64,000 bases of DNA, taken from an uncultured Nitrososphaeraceae archaeon. Lineage in GTDB: Archaea > Thermoproteota > Nitrososphaeria > Nitrososphaerales > Nitrososphaeraceae. Shown one piece after another: positions 21,437-31,442 of the stretch. Within the stretch, counting starts at the first letter, position 1; each line of letters opens with the position of its first letter. The position numbers were made by a program, and so were the translations under genes. The notes below the pieces were generated by a model. That model was not told the DNA's origin and did not search any database. It saw only the letters and a list, made by a program, of their open reading frames with translations. The stretch is from assembly GCA_963729045.1 (NCBI GenBank), contig CAVSMN010000015.1, forward strand, positions 32,001 through 96,000, given 5' to 3'.

Positions 21437-22057
21437 TTATTTTGATTTGGCATATCTATTGTTAACATCTTCCCAATTTATCAGATTCCACCAAGCATTG
21501 ACATAGTCGGGTCTTTTATTCTGATATTTGAGATAATACGCATGTTCCCAAACATCACATCCTAACAATGGTATGAGATTTTCTGTCCTGGGACTAGTTT
21601 GATTTGGCATGGATTTATAGTCTACTTTGTTGCTCTTTGGGTCAAATACTAGCCATCCCCAACCACTTCCTTGAATACCTATCGTACTTGCAGTAAACTT
21701 TTCCTTAAAAGCTGAAAAACTTCCAAATGAATTATTTATTGCCTCTGCAATAGATCCTTGTGGTTCCCCTCCGCCATTCGGGGTTAAATTGTTCCAGAAA
21801 ATTCGATGATTATCAAATCCACCGCCATTAAAGTTTATTGCTGATTTTAAATCATTGGGTACATTCCCTAAATCACTAAGTATTTCTATTATATCCTTAT
21901 TCTGAACATCTTGAGGACATTTTTCAAGAGCTGCGTTAAGATTGTTGGTATATGTTTGATGATGTTTCGTATAATGGATTTCCATAGTTTTTGCATCTAT
22001 ATGTGGTTCTAATGCATCATAGCTGTATGGAAGAGGAGGTAATTCGTATTTATTCAT
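21437..22057 (-). CDS. sod: Fe/Mn superoxide dismutase
   Basis: LPPLPYSYDALEP, HYTKHHQTY, GSGWGWL, DVWEHAYY; start at MNKYEL (22057). Confidence 0.96.
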   Translation of the reverse strand: MNKYELPPLPYSYDALEPHIDAKTMEIHYTKHHQTYTNNLNAALEKCPQDVQNKDIIEILSDLGNVPNDLKSAINFNGGGFDNHRIFWNNLTPNGGGEPQGSIAEAINNSFGSFSAFKEKFTASTIGIQGSGWGWLVFDPKSNKVDYKSMPNQTSPRTENLIPLLGCDVWEHAYYLKYQNKRPDYVNAWWNLINWEDVNNRYAKSK

Positions 22058-22230
22058 TAAACAATTGTGTATACGAAACCTTTTATCCTTTTCCTTTTCC
22101 GTATCCGCTGCTTTGGCTTGACATTCTGCCAAATAATTACTTTTGGACTAAATAACACAATTACTATCGTGGGTTATTTGACATCAATCGGAAACATATT
22201 TATTTATTCTAAGTAGAATAAAACGATATT

Positions 22231-22749
22231 ATGGTAATCAATAATGATCTCCTTGAACAACGTAAAAAGATTTCAGAGCACCGTCCCAAATTTAAGAGAC
22301 AAGAAAGCTGGAGATATAAAAGGTTAGCTGTCACCTGGAGAAAACCCAAGGGAGTTGACAATAAGATGAGAAAGCAAGTCTCAGGAGTGCCTCCATTGGT
22401 AAAGATTGGTTACCGTGGCCCTAGAATATCACGTGGATTACATCCTTCTGGTTATGTTGATAGTTTGGTTCACAATGTTAAGGATTTAATGCTGCTGGAT
22501 AATTCTAAGGATGCAGCCCGCATTGCCCGTACTGTTGGAAACAAGAAAAGACTTGAGATTATCTCAAAAGCAGAGTCAATGGGCATCAAACTAATAAATG
22601 GAAAAAAATCTAAATCCGATTCATCCAAATCTTCAACCGTGAAGAAAGATTCATCCAAATCTTCAACCGTGAAGAAAGATTCATCCAAATCTTCAACCGT
22701 GAAGAAAGATTCATCCAAATCTTCAACCGTGAAGAAAAATCAAAAGTAG
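22231..22749 (+). CDS. rpl32e: 50S ribosomal protein L32e with repetitive C-terminal extension
   Basis: PKFKRQE, WRKPKGVDNKMR, IGYR, RGLHPSG. Confidence 0.95.
   Translation: MVINNDLLEQRKKISEHRPKFKRQESWRYKRLAVTWRKPKGVDNKMRKQVSGVPPLVKIGYRGPRISRGLHPSGYVDSLVHNVKDLMLLDNSKDAARIARTVGNKKRLEIISKAESMGIKLINGKKSKSDSSKSSTVKKDSSKSSTVKKDSSKSSTVKKDSSKSSTVKKNQK
22618..22737 (+). repeat. Perfect tandem repeat, 4 x 30 bp (GATTCATCCAAATCTTCAACCGTGAAGAAA), encoding DSSKSSTVKK
   Basis: Units at 22618, 22648, 22678, 22708 are identical, with no spacers. Confidence 0.97.
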
Positions 22750-22757
22750 TGATATAA

Positions 22758-23204
22758 ATGGTAGTAAATATACATAAAAAAAGAGAACTAGCATCCCGAA
22801 TTCTTGGAGTTGGGGTTAATAGGGTAAGATTTGAACCTGACAAATTAGATGACGTAGCCGACTCAATTACACGAGAAAATATAAGATCTTTGATAAGCAA
22901 TGGATCCATTTGGACCGCAAAAGTTAAAGGCACTTCTAGGGGTCGAACTAGGGCAAAACTTGTAACTAAGAAAAAACATGGAACTGGCCCAGGGTCCAAA
23001 AAAGGCAAAAAGACAGCTAGAGTTGGTAAAAAGGAAGTTTATGTTATTAAGGTACGATCGATGAGAAGGCATTTAAAGATATTAAAAGAAAGAAAAGATA
23101 TAACGAATGAACAATTTTGGGCACTGTATAAGAAAGTAAATGGTGCTCAAGTGCGTTCCTTGTCTCATCTTAGAGAACTGGTTAAAATAACAAAAACTCA
23201 CTAA
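22758..23204 (+). CDS. rpl19e: 50S ribosomal protein L19e
   Basis: LASRILGVG.NRV, ITRENIRSLI, GTSRGR, GPGSKKG. Confidence 0.95.
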   Translation: MVVNIHKKRELASRILGVGVNRVRFEPDKLDDVADSITRENIRSLISNGSIWTAKVKGTSRGRTRAKLVTKKKHGTGPGSKKGKKTARVGKKEVYVIKVRSMRRHLKILKERKDITNEQFWALYKKVNGAQVRSLSHLRELVKITKTH

Positions 23205-23269
23205 AATAGGATTTCATTATCCTATTTTTTTCAAATACGACAATTCTAACTTTTTGATAGTTTGTATTA

Positions 23270-23713
23270 TCATAGTTCTTTAAGACATCTGGAGATGATT
23301 TCTTTAAATCTGGGAACGAAATCAAAATTGTCCATTTCCTTCTGATTGATCCAATAGTAGTCTGAATGTTCCCAATCTAATACCACTTTCCTTGTGCTCG
23401 AAACAAAACAGAAGGGTTGGATGATTATCATCAATTCGTTGTGAATTTGTACATTTAATTGATCGAATATTTTTCTTAAAACTAATTCATCTTTGTTTAT
23501 TCGTGTTTCTTCATAAATTTCTATCAATGCTCTAGAGAGTAAATCTTCATTTTTTTCAAGATATCCGCTCACCCCAGCCCATTTTTCTTGCATGGTTTTA
23601 ACTTTCTTACTCCTACGTAAAACCAATACTTCATTTTGGTTTTTTAAGACAGAGGTTACAACCATCGACGGTTTTTTATGACTTGAATCAATAAGAGTCT
23701 CGTCCTTCTTCAT
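23270..23713 (-). CDS. NUDIX hydrolase
   Basis: G.LE..E....ALIEIYEET Nudix box; LDWEH. Confidence 0.87.
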   Translation of the reverse strand: MKKDETLIDSSHKKPSMVVTSVLKNQNEVLVLRRSKKVKTMQEKWAGVSGYLEKNEDLLSRALIEIYEETRINKDELVLRKIFDQLNVQIHNELMIIIQPFCFVSSTRKVVLDWEHSDYYWINQKEMDNFDFVPRFKEIISRCLKEL

Positions 23714-23903
23714 TTTGCTTCTTGATTTATTATTTGCAGGGTTAATTAATCTAAGTTTAGGAGATTGGATGGGATCTTGGGATTAGATTTTAATAATCTA
23801 CCTTTCAATTACATATTTTTAGATTTCTTATGATGATTTATTTTTGATTTAATTAATAGTATTTTAATTCAATGAACTAGGAATAAAAAATACTATACTG
23901 AAA

Positions 23904-24797
23904 TTATATGTACTTTGGCTCTAATTCTTGCGTTCTTAGGAGGGATAATATTCTATCTTTTTCACTACCCATCCCTTTCTTGTCAATATAAATACTAGTT
24001 ACCTTTTCAATGCTTTTTTCCCACATCTGTTTTAACATTTCATTATTAATGAATCTCAAATTATGTTTACTGGCAATAGATGCGAAGGCGACATTCGAAG
24101 TTAGAATTAGATTGTTAAATTTTTGTGGATAATGATTTCCGCCTAGCCCTATCGCGATTTCTAATTCTTCAACATTCGCTTTTTTATTTGCATTTTGTAT
24201 CGTTTGTATTAAGCATTCACAAACCATCTTTGCTGTTTCCTTGTTGTTCCATTCTTCTTCAGAAGACCCTATCTCAATGAACAAGATTGGATTTGAAGAT
24301 GATGTTGGCCCGTGATGAGAAGATTCAATCGTGAGATCATATTTGAGTAGGCTGTTTTTCATGGAAAATAAATTTTTCATGTACTCCTTTTGAAAACTAG
24401 GGTATGCGATACCCATCTCAAATGCTGCCCCACCTAGTGACTTATCTGTTGAAAAATTTCCTGTAAAGTGGGATGTCAATGCAGGTATTTTACTCTTTGA
24501 TGCATGTTTAGATAAGAAGATTAATACATTATTTGGAATTTCAAATTTGTCGATATTTCTTAAATGAATTAATTCTTCGTCTGTTACAACTAAATTCAGG
24601 TTGTGATATTTTTTGGATTTAAGAAATTCAATTTTTGGATCAAAAGTTCTTGTTTCTTGATTCATGTCAATCTCGAGTTTGGCATAATCATTGAGATAAA
24701 AAGAGTCTTCAAAGCCTGCCTCACTTTTCAAATAGTTTAGCATGGTAAAACTGGCAATATCTTTGGAAGAGGTTATGATTGTAAACTTACTTATCAA
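23904..24797 (-). CDS. dtdA: D-aminoacyl-tRNA deacylase (archaeal DTD2)
   Basis: FLSKHAS, LTSHFTGN, ESSHHGP, FIEIGS, GGNHYP. Confidence 0.9.
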   Translation of the reverse strand: MISKFTIITSSKDIASFTMLNYLKSEAGFEDSFYLNDYAKLEIDMNQETRTFDPKIEFLKSKKYHNLNLVVTDEELIHLRNIDKFEIPNNVLIFLSKHASKSKIPALTSHFTGNFSTDKSLGGAAFEMGIAYPSFQKEYMKNLFSMKNSLLKYDLTIESSHHGPTSSSNPILFIEIGSSEEEWNNKETAKMVCECLIQTIQNANKKANVEELEIAIGLGGNHYPQKFNNLILTSNVAFASIASKHNLRFINNEMLKQMWEKSIEKVTSIYIDKKGMGSEKDRILSLLRTQELEPKYI

Positions 24798-24977
24798 GAA
24801 GAACTAGAGATCTTGATTTAGATTTATTTCTTATTTCTGTAGGATAAACATTAAAAATTGATATTTGAAGCAAATGTTATAAACTTATAAATTCCAAAAC
24901 AAATACGTTTAATGATTCTATAAGTATGCCAAAAAACCTCCACAAAGTCGATGATGATTTGGATTTGATAGACTTGA

Positions 24978-25643
24978 ATGATAATGAATGAATCCGAAAA
25001 AATTAACACTTTCAATGATCTTGATAAGGGTCAGCATGAAAAAAAATCAATCAAGATCAAGTCTACCAATAAAGATAATACAAAGAGGTCAAAAGATGAT
25101 AATTTAGGGGCTAAGGAATCTAAAAATACCCGAGAGAAAGGATCAAAAGATTCTGACAGTCAAACTGAGGATACCACTCTGTTGTCAAACGAAGAGGAAG
25201 GGGATTCAAAATTTTTTGTTGTTAGGGTGGCTGGTGGTCAAGAAAGCATGATAGCATCCATGCTTCAGACTAGATTACATTCAAAGAAAATAGAGGGTAT
25301 TTATTCGGTTTTATTTTTAGAAAATTTTAAGGGTTACGTAATCGTTGAAGCAGTAGACTCAAATATCGCATATGAGGCTTTGCATGGAATCCGACATATA
25401 CGGGGACAAATAAGAGGTGAACTACCATTTAAGGATCTGGAGGGTTATCTCATCAAGAAACCAGTAGTTACCGAACTAATTATCGATGACACAGTGGAGA
25501 TTATTGCTGGACCATTCAAATCCATGAAAGCCAAAATAATGAGAGTTGATTATGAAAAACAGGAAGCAACAGTAGTATTACTTGATTCTCCATATCAGAT
25601 ACCTGTAACTGTTGACGCTAATTATTTGAAGAAGTCTTTATAG
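24978..25643 (+). CDS. spt5: Transcription elongation factor Spt5/NusG, with charged N-terminal extension (possible start 24926)
   Basis: GGQE, KGYVIVEA NGN domain; VEIIAGPFK KOW; upstream of rpl11. Confidence 0.93.
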   Translation: MIMNESEKINTFNDLDKGQHEKKSIKIKSTNKDNTKRSKDDNLGAKESKNTREKGSKDSDSQTEDTTLLSNEEEGDSKFFVVRVAGGQESMIASMLQTRLHSKKIEGIYSVLFLENFKGYVIVEAVDSNIAYEALHGIRHIRGQIRGELPFKDLEGYLIKKPVVTELIIDDTVEIIAGPFKSMKAKIMRVDYEKQEATVVLLDSPYQIPVTVDANYLKKSL

Positions 25644-25684
25644 AATTATAAGTGGTTTTTACATTAGACAGTTTGTAATATCTT

Positions 25685-26167
25685 ATGAGTGAAAAAAAAG
25701 TTGTGAATGCATTAGTAAGTGGGGGCGAAGCCAGCGCGGGGCCACCTTTGGGACCTGCTCTGGGACCACTTGGAATTAACATTTTACAGGTTGTTAATAC
25801 TATAAACGAAAAAACCAAAGATTTTCCGGGAATGAAAGTTCCAGTCAAGGTGGAAGTTGACACCGAGACCAAACAATTCACAGTAGAAGTAGGTATACCT
25901 CCTACGGCTGCCCTTATTTTTAAGGAATCTGGAGTTACCAAAGGGTCTGGAACTGCTGGTACTGATTTTGTAGGGAATATCTCGATGGAAGGTATAGTAA
26001 AAATATCAAAAATGAAACTAGATGTTTCCTATGCACAAACGATAAAATCATCTTCAAAGGAAATCATAGGCACCTGTCTGAGCTTGGGCATAAAAGTGGA
26101 AGATAAGGTGGCAAATGAGATATATCAAGATATTTCCTCTGGCAAATACGATTCTTTGCTATCCTAG
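25685..26167 (+). CDS. rpl11: 50S ribosomal protein L11
   Basis: GGEASAGPPLGPALGPLG, GMKVPV, VGIPPTA. Confidence 0.96.
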   Translation: MSEKKVVNALVSGGEASAGPPLGPALGPLGINILQVVNTINEKTKDFPGMKVPVKVEVDTETKQFTVEVGIPPTAALIFKESGVTKGSGTAGTDFVGNISMEGIVKISKMKLDVSYAQTIKSSSKEIIGTCLSLGIKVEDKVANEIYQDISSGKYDSLLS

Positions 26168-26271
26168 CTTTTTTTTATTTTTTCAACAAATAAATTAATT
26201 TTATTTAAGTAAGTTTAAAATATACCAATGACTGCAGTGTAAACTATAATTTTAAGGTGAATGATGGAAAT

Positions 26272-27933
26272 ATGTCAATTCAACAAGGATCAGCAGGCGG
26301 GATGCCAATTTTAATATTAAAAGAAGGCGCAAGTGAGACTAAAGGAAGAGAAGCACAGAAAAATAACATAAACGCAGCAAAAACAGTCGCAGAAATAGTA
26401 CGAACTAGTTTAGGTCCTAGAGGCATGGATAAAATGCTTGTAGATTCGTTAGGTGATGTCACTATTACTAACGATGGTGCAACTATATTGAAAGAAATTG
26501 ATGTTCAACATCCTGCTGCAAAAATGATGGTGGAAATAAGCAAGGCAACAGATAATGAGGTAGGGGATGGCACCACCTCAGTCGTTGTTCTAGCAGGTTC
26601 GTTAATTGAAAAAGCAGAGGAGTTGATTACGAAGAATGTTCATCCGACGGTGATTGTAGATGGGTATAGAAAATGTGCTGTCAAGTCAATAGAACTTTTA
26701 AACAATATCGCTATTAAAGTAACAAATAACGAAAAAGACCAATTAATAAAAATAGCAAAGACATCAATGCAAACTAAACTGGTTTCAAAGGAATCAGATG
26801 ACCTGGCTAATATTGTTGTCACAGCTGCACAACAAGTATCTGAGTCTCGAAATGAATCTACAAAGGTCGATTTGGATGACATCAAGGTTGAAAAGAAATC
26901 TGGTGGGTCCATTAAAGATACAAAATTGATAAAGGGAATCGTTTTGGATAAAGAGGTAGTTCATGGTGGAATGCCCAAAAGGGTAGAGAAAGCTAAGATA
27001 GCATTGATTAATTCTGCCTTGGAAATAGAAAAGACCGAATTCGACGCAAAATTAAATATTACATCACCAGAACAAATGAAGAGATTCCTTGACGAGGAAA
27101 ATACCATGCTAAAGACCATGGTTGAAAAAATAACTGGATCTGGGGCTAATGTAGTAATTTGTCAAAAGGGATTAGATGATATCGCACAACACTATCTCGC
27201 AAAAGCTAATGTTTTGACGGTTAGACGTGTGAAAGAGAGTGATATGACCAAGTTATCCAGAGCTACAGGCGCAAGAGTTATCAACAATCTAGATGACTTG
27301 ACCAGCAAGGATTTGGGAGCTGCTGATCTCGTGGAAGAAAGAAAAGTTGAAACAGACAAGTGGGTATTCATAGAAGGATGCAAGAATCCAAAAGCTGTAA
27401 CCATCTTGATACGCGGCGGATCCCAAAGAGTGGTTGATGAGGCAGATCGTTCGGTGCATGATGCACTTATGGTGACCAAAGATGTTTTGGAAAAACCCTT
27501 GATAGTAGCTGGAGGAGGATCACCTGAGGCATACGTTTCTGGCAAATTAAGAGAATGGACTAATACATTGACTGGCAGAGAACAATTGGCAGCTGAAAAA
27601 TTCGCTGAAGCATTGGAAATTATCCCCTTAACCCTTGCTGAAAATGCGGGCATGAACCAAATTGATACATTGGCTGAATTGCGATCTAAGCAAAATAAGG
27701 GAGCAAAATGGGCTGGAATTGATGCACGAAATTCACGAATTGCAGACATGTCTAAACTTGATATATTTGAACCTTTAGCAGTGAAAGAACAGATTATCAA
27801 ATCTGCTACTGAAGTAGCATCAATGTTATTAAGAATTGATGATGTAATTGCTTCAAGTAAATCTGCCGGTGGAGGGGGAATGCCTCCAGGCGGAATGGGC
27901 GGAATGCCTCCAGGCATGGACGGTATGATGTAG
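26272..27933 (+). CDS. ths: Thermosome (group II chaperonin) subunit
   Basis: [25 protein letters not shown]-rich tail. Confidence 0.97.
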   Translation: MSIQQGSAGGMPILILKEGASETKGREAQKNNINAAKTVAEIVRTSLGPRGMDKMLVDSLGDVTITNDGATILKEIDVQHPAAKMMVEISKATDNEVGDGTTSVVVLAGSLIEKAEELITKNVHPTVIVDGYRKCAVKSIELLNNIAIKVTNNEKDQLIKIAKTSMQTKLVSKESDDLANIVVTAAQQVSESRNESTKVDLDDIKVEKKSGGSIKDTKLIKGIVLDKEVVHGGMPKRVEKAKIALINSALEIEKTEFDAKLNITSPEQMKRFLDEENTMLKTMVEKITGSGANVVICQKGLDDIAQHYLAKANVLTVRRVKESDMTKLSRATGARVINNLDDLTSKDLGAADLVEERKVETDKWVFIEGCKNPKAVTILIRGGSQRVVDEADRSVHDALMVTKDVLEKPLIVAGGGSPEAYVSGKLREWTNTLTGREQLAAEKFAEALEIIPLTLAENAGMNQIDTLAELRSKQNKGAKWAGIDARNSRIADMSKLDIFEPLAVKEQIIKSATEVASMLLRIDDVIASSKSAGGGGMPPGGMGGMPPGMDGMM

Positions 27934-28072
27934 AAGAATCCGTATATCATATTTTTTCTAGAAAAATTATTTTAGCTTTTGTTCATGACTGGATCCAGTC
28001 CAAAAAAAATATTATTTTGATTTTAGAATAACATCATCCAATAAAATTATATTTGAATTGGAGGTATCAATT

Positions 28073-28395
28073 GTCGGGGTAGGTAGGATCGGGGTGCTAG
28101 CCGTGCCCCGTACCGAAAATCGGCTTTATGTCGGGATCAGTAACCGTTAGGTAAATTCGTGAATGGGAGGATACCCGCTCATTCGACTAGGATGAAATCA
28201 TGCCGTATCGGATGGCTATGAGCAGCAACTTACATGAAGGTGTAAAATTGACTGTGGATTGTTGAAATGGGTGAGGTCCGGGAGGGAGCAACCCTAAGGC
28301 ATCGCAGCCGTGCTGTTACGTCTACGTGGTGGATTTGGGAGGATTTGAAATGGGACCTTTTGTTCATGTTGGTACTAACGGGCTACCCTACTCAC
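28073..28395 (+). ncRNA. ffs: Archaeal signal recognition particle (7S) RNA
   Basis: Helix 8 GGGTGAGGTCCGGGAGGGAGCAACCC; helix 6 TTACAT-GAAG-GTGTAA; 5'/3' pairing GGGTAGG/CCTACTC; T-run after; TATA-like ATTATATT upstream. Confidence 0.93.
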
Positions 28396-28476
28396 TTTTG
28401 ATTGTGTTTTTTATAAAGCTTTATTATTTAACTAAGTTGGAAACAGGTTAAATATTTTGTACCATATTCCTAAAAT

Positions 28477-28839
28477 ATGGTCCAAGATGTTTTCGACCGC
28501 TACAAGGATGAAAATAATACCGATGGAATTAATAAAAGTAATGTTGCTAAAGACACCACCAGATCCAATAGTTACAATTTAGATGAATCAGAGAGTGACG
28601 TCACAAGAGCGATAAGGGATTCGATTGAAAGGAATTCTCGTGGTAACATTAAAGAATCTGAAACATCATTCAAACAAGTCCTTGATTTGGCAATGAACGT
28701 CGTTAATGAGTTGCCAACGATGGTAAACGTGACCGGTAAGACTATTAACAAAATGATAGTGAAGGGGAAAGAAGGCATCGAATCCATAAATAATTTTAAA
28801 AATAGCATGAGTTACTCTTGTAAAGATAGGTCAGAATAA
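28477..28839 (+). CDS. Hypothetical protein
   Basis: 120-aa ORF with TTAAATA box about 25 nt upstream; no recognisable motif. Confidence 0.6.
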   Translation: MVQDVFDRYKDENNTDGINKSNVAKDTTRSNSYNLDESESDVTRAIRDSIERNSRGNIKESETSFKQVLDLAMNVVNELPTMVNVTGKTINKMIVKGKEGIESINNFKNSMSYSCKDRSE

Positions 28840-29288
28840 AAATATCACTAGTCCATATCCAAAAAATTGAAAATGTCCTTGTAGTCGGAACATTATTTAT
28901 AACTATGACAGTGTAATCTGATTATTTCATATTAGGTTTGTTTTGCAGTATCGTTCTTTCTATAACTTTGGATCAATTTTTAGTTAAATATCAGGAATAT
29001 TGTCATTAACTCGCAGAGGTTTTTTGAATATACTTTGTAAACTTGCTTATTTGGTCTATTATCAAAATAATATCTTAATCCCCACGGATTTCTTTATTCA
29101 AACGGCTCGTGTGAGGCCTTTCTGATTTTTTGTGCTGAACTTATGTTTGTTATGAAATATTTATTTTTTACTCAGTTTGTCCTGTCTAGGTACATAGTTA
29201 TTTTTTAAATATAATTCATCATAAGAAATCTAATATACTATTAGGTGAAATTGTTATAAATATTATCCCTCTATTTTTTTTGATTTTT

Positions 29289-29981
29289 ATGACTCTTCCA
29301 GGGGGTGAAATTTCAAAAAGAGAACTACATTTTATATGGATTGTAGATTGCTCGGGATCTATGAGAGATGATGGAAAGATCCAAGCCTTGAATTATGCTA
29401 TCAAAGAGGCAATTCCTCATATGCAAAGAGAATCTGAAAATAATATCCAAGCGAATTTGTTAATAAGTGCATTAAAGTTTTCTACAGGTGCACAATGGAT
29501 TATTGCCCCTACAAGAGTAAATGACTTCAAATGGACTGATATTGAAGCGAAAGGTGAAACTGATTTGGGACAAGCTTTCATTTTACTCTCTGAAATCTTG
29601 CGTATACCTCCGATGACTGAAAGGGGATTACCACCAGTATTAGTATTGCTCTCTGATGGACAACCTACTGATAATTTTAAAGATGGTCTAGAAAAATTGT
29701 TGTCAGAACCATGGGGTCGAAAGGCAATTCGAGTATCTATCGCAATCGGTGAGGACGCAAACATGGATGTACTTCAAAGGTTTATTGGAGACAATGAAAG
29801 ACAACCGTTGTTGGCGCGGAACCCAGAATCACTTACAAAATATATAAAATGGGTTTCAACGGTCGTGCAGACAGCTTCAGCTAGACCCAAAAGCCAACAA
29901 AAATACTATGACGGCTCTATTTCTAATGTCGACATACCAAAACCCCCTGAAATGATATCTGGAGCTACTGATGTGTGGTAA
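29289..29981 (+). CDS. terY: TerY-like von Willebrand factor A domain protein
   Basis: MIDAS DCSGSM, GKIQALN, GETDLG, LLSDGQPTD, IAIG. Confidence 0.9.
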   Translation: MTLPGGEISKRELHFIWIVDCSGSMRDDGKIQALNYAIKEAIPHMQRESENNIQANLLISALKFSTGAQWIIAPTRVNDFKWTDIEAKGETDLGQAFILLSEILRIPPMTERGLPPVLVLLSDGQPTDNFKDGLEKLLSEPWGRKAIRVSIAIGEDANMDVLQRFIGDNERQPLLARNPESLTKYIKWVSTVVQTASARPKSQQKYYDGSISNVDIPKPPEMISGATDVW

Positions 29982-29987
29982 ATAATT

Positions 29988-31427
29988 TTGATTTCGAAGA
30001 CCAATCAAGTGAACACTACGAGCGAGTTTCAAGCGGGTGAGCCAGTCCACATAAACGGGTTAAACATAGTTTGCAATGTTGAAAAGGAATTGGGTTCAGG
30101 CACTCAAGGTAAGGTATATTCACTAATCAGTCCAGATAATTCCCCACTTGTTTTAAAGTGGTATTTTCCTTCCATGGCTACTAATGAGCAATATGATATA
30201 CTCAAATCTCTAATTCAAAAAGAGTCTCCGAGTAATGGGTTCCTTTGGCCCTTGGCACTAGTCAAAATTCCAAAAAAAGAAGGATTTGGATACGTAATGT
30301 CCATGAAAGATTCGAGATTTAAAAGTTTTAGTTTGTGGTTGTCTAGGAAAATTAATCCTTCCTTTAAGACATTGCTGACCGCCTGTTTTGAATTGGTACA
30401 AAGTTTTCATCTATTGCATTCAAAAGGCCTTTGCTATCAGGATTTATCTCTAAATAATATTTATTTTGATCCTGAAAATGGAGAAATACGCATAGGAGAT
30501 ACAGATAATATTGTAATAAATGGAGAAGATAAGGGTAACGTGATTGGTACTCCTAAATTCATGGCCCCAGAAATAATAATTGGAAAAGCGTTACCAAATA
30601 CGCAAACAGATTTATATTCATTAGCAATAATACTGTTTTATATTTTATTTCTAAACCATCCATTAGAAGGTAAAATTGAAAGTTCCATCAAAAGTCTTGA
30701 CCTGCCTTCGATGTCTAAACTATACGGATTCGAACCGCTTTTCATATTTGATCCAAACAATAATTCCAATTATCCCGATCCTGCTTTTCATGCGAATGCA
30801 TTAATATTTTGGAGTATTTATCCCGATTTTATCAAAAGAATTTTCGTAAAAGCCTTTACCGATGGTATTAAGGATCCAATGCATGGAAGAGTCAGAGAAA
30901 CTGAATGGCAAATTGCTCTACTCGCGTTACGGGATTCTATATATTATTGCAAACATTGTGGATCTGAGAATTTTCTTGTTACTGATTATTCGGTTTTTGA
31001 AAAATTAAAGATACCAGTAGAACTTGGGGTCATTAATTCTGACATTAAAGTTTCGAAACAAAGCAGCATTGTTGAGGGGGTACAAAGCAATTCTGCTTGT
31101 TGGAATCCAAAATGTAAAACTATGAATACTCACATTTTGAATATTCGAATTGATGATCGATTGTTTATTGCCTTAAATCACGACACCAAATTATTCCTTC
31201 ATCACATAGATCCGGACCGCAAATATGATTTCTCAAATCCTGTAGCAGAAGTCTCTAGACATCCAACTGAACCTGGGGTTTGGGGATTGAGGAATCTTTC
31301 TACATATCCTTGGAAAGTTGGCAAGGCTAATGGTGACATAATTGAAGTTAATTCAAAACAAAGTTTCTCGTTAGTGCCAGGTACTCAAATAGACTTTGGC
31401 ACCTCTAAGGGTATGGTTTGCTACTAA
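29988..31427 (+). CDS. TerY-associated Ser/Thr protein kinase with C-terminal Zn ribbon and FHA-like domain
   Basis: LGSGTQGKVY, VLKWY, FLWP, YQDLSLNN, DTDN, GTPKFMAPE, TDLYSLA, HPLEG; CKHC...CWNPKC. Confidence 0.88.
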   Translation: MISKTNQVNTTSEFQAGEPVHINGLNIVCNVEKELGSGTQGKVYSLISPDNSPLVLKWYFPSMATNEQYDILKSLIQKESPSNGFLWPLALVKIPKKEGFGYVMSMKDSRFKSFSLWLSRKINPSFKTLLTACFELVQSFHLLHSKGLCYQDLSLNNIYFDPENGEIRIGDTDNIVINGEDKGNVIGTPKFMAPEIIIGKALPNTQTDLYSLAIILFYILFLNHPLEGKIESSIKSLDLPSMSKLYGFEPLFIFDPNNNSNYPDPAFHANALIFWSIYPDFIKRIFVKAFTDGIKDPMHGRVRETEWQIALLALRDSIYYCKHCGSENFLVTDYSVFEKLKIPVELGVINSDIKVSKQSSIVEGVQSNSACWNPKCKTMNTHILNIRIDDRLFIALNHDTKLFLHHIDPDRKYDFSNPVAEVSRHPTEPGVWGLRNLSTYPWKVGKANGDIIEVNSKQSFSLVPGTQIDFGTSKGMVCY

Positions 31428-31442
31428 GGACATAATGGATCT

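Noticed and set aside
22058..22132. N-terminal extension of SOD in the ORF track
   Set aside because: Homology starts at MNKYELP; upstream contains promoter-like sequence
22618..22737. 30-bp repeats as a CRISPR array
   Set aside because: Head-to-tail with no spacers, in frame within rpl32e, and no cas genes nearby
27877..27915. GGAATGCCTCCAGGC repeat
   Set aside because: Ordinary GGM-rich chaperonin tail
27192..27950. 252-aa antisense ORF and the many other overlapping antisense/alternate-frame ORFs in the track
   Set aside because: Shadows of well-supported genes on the opposite strand; no motifs
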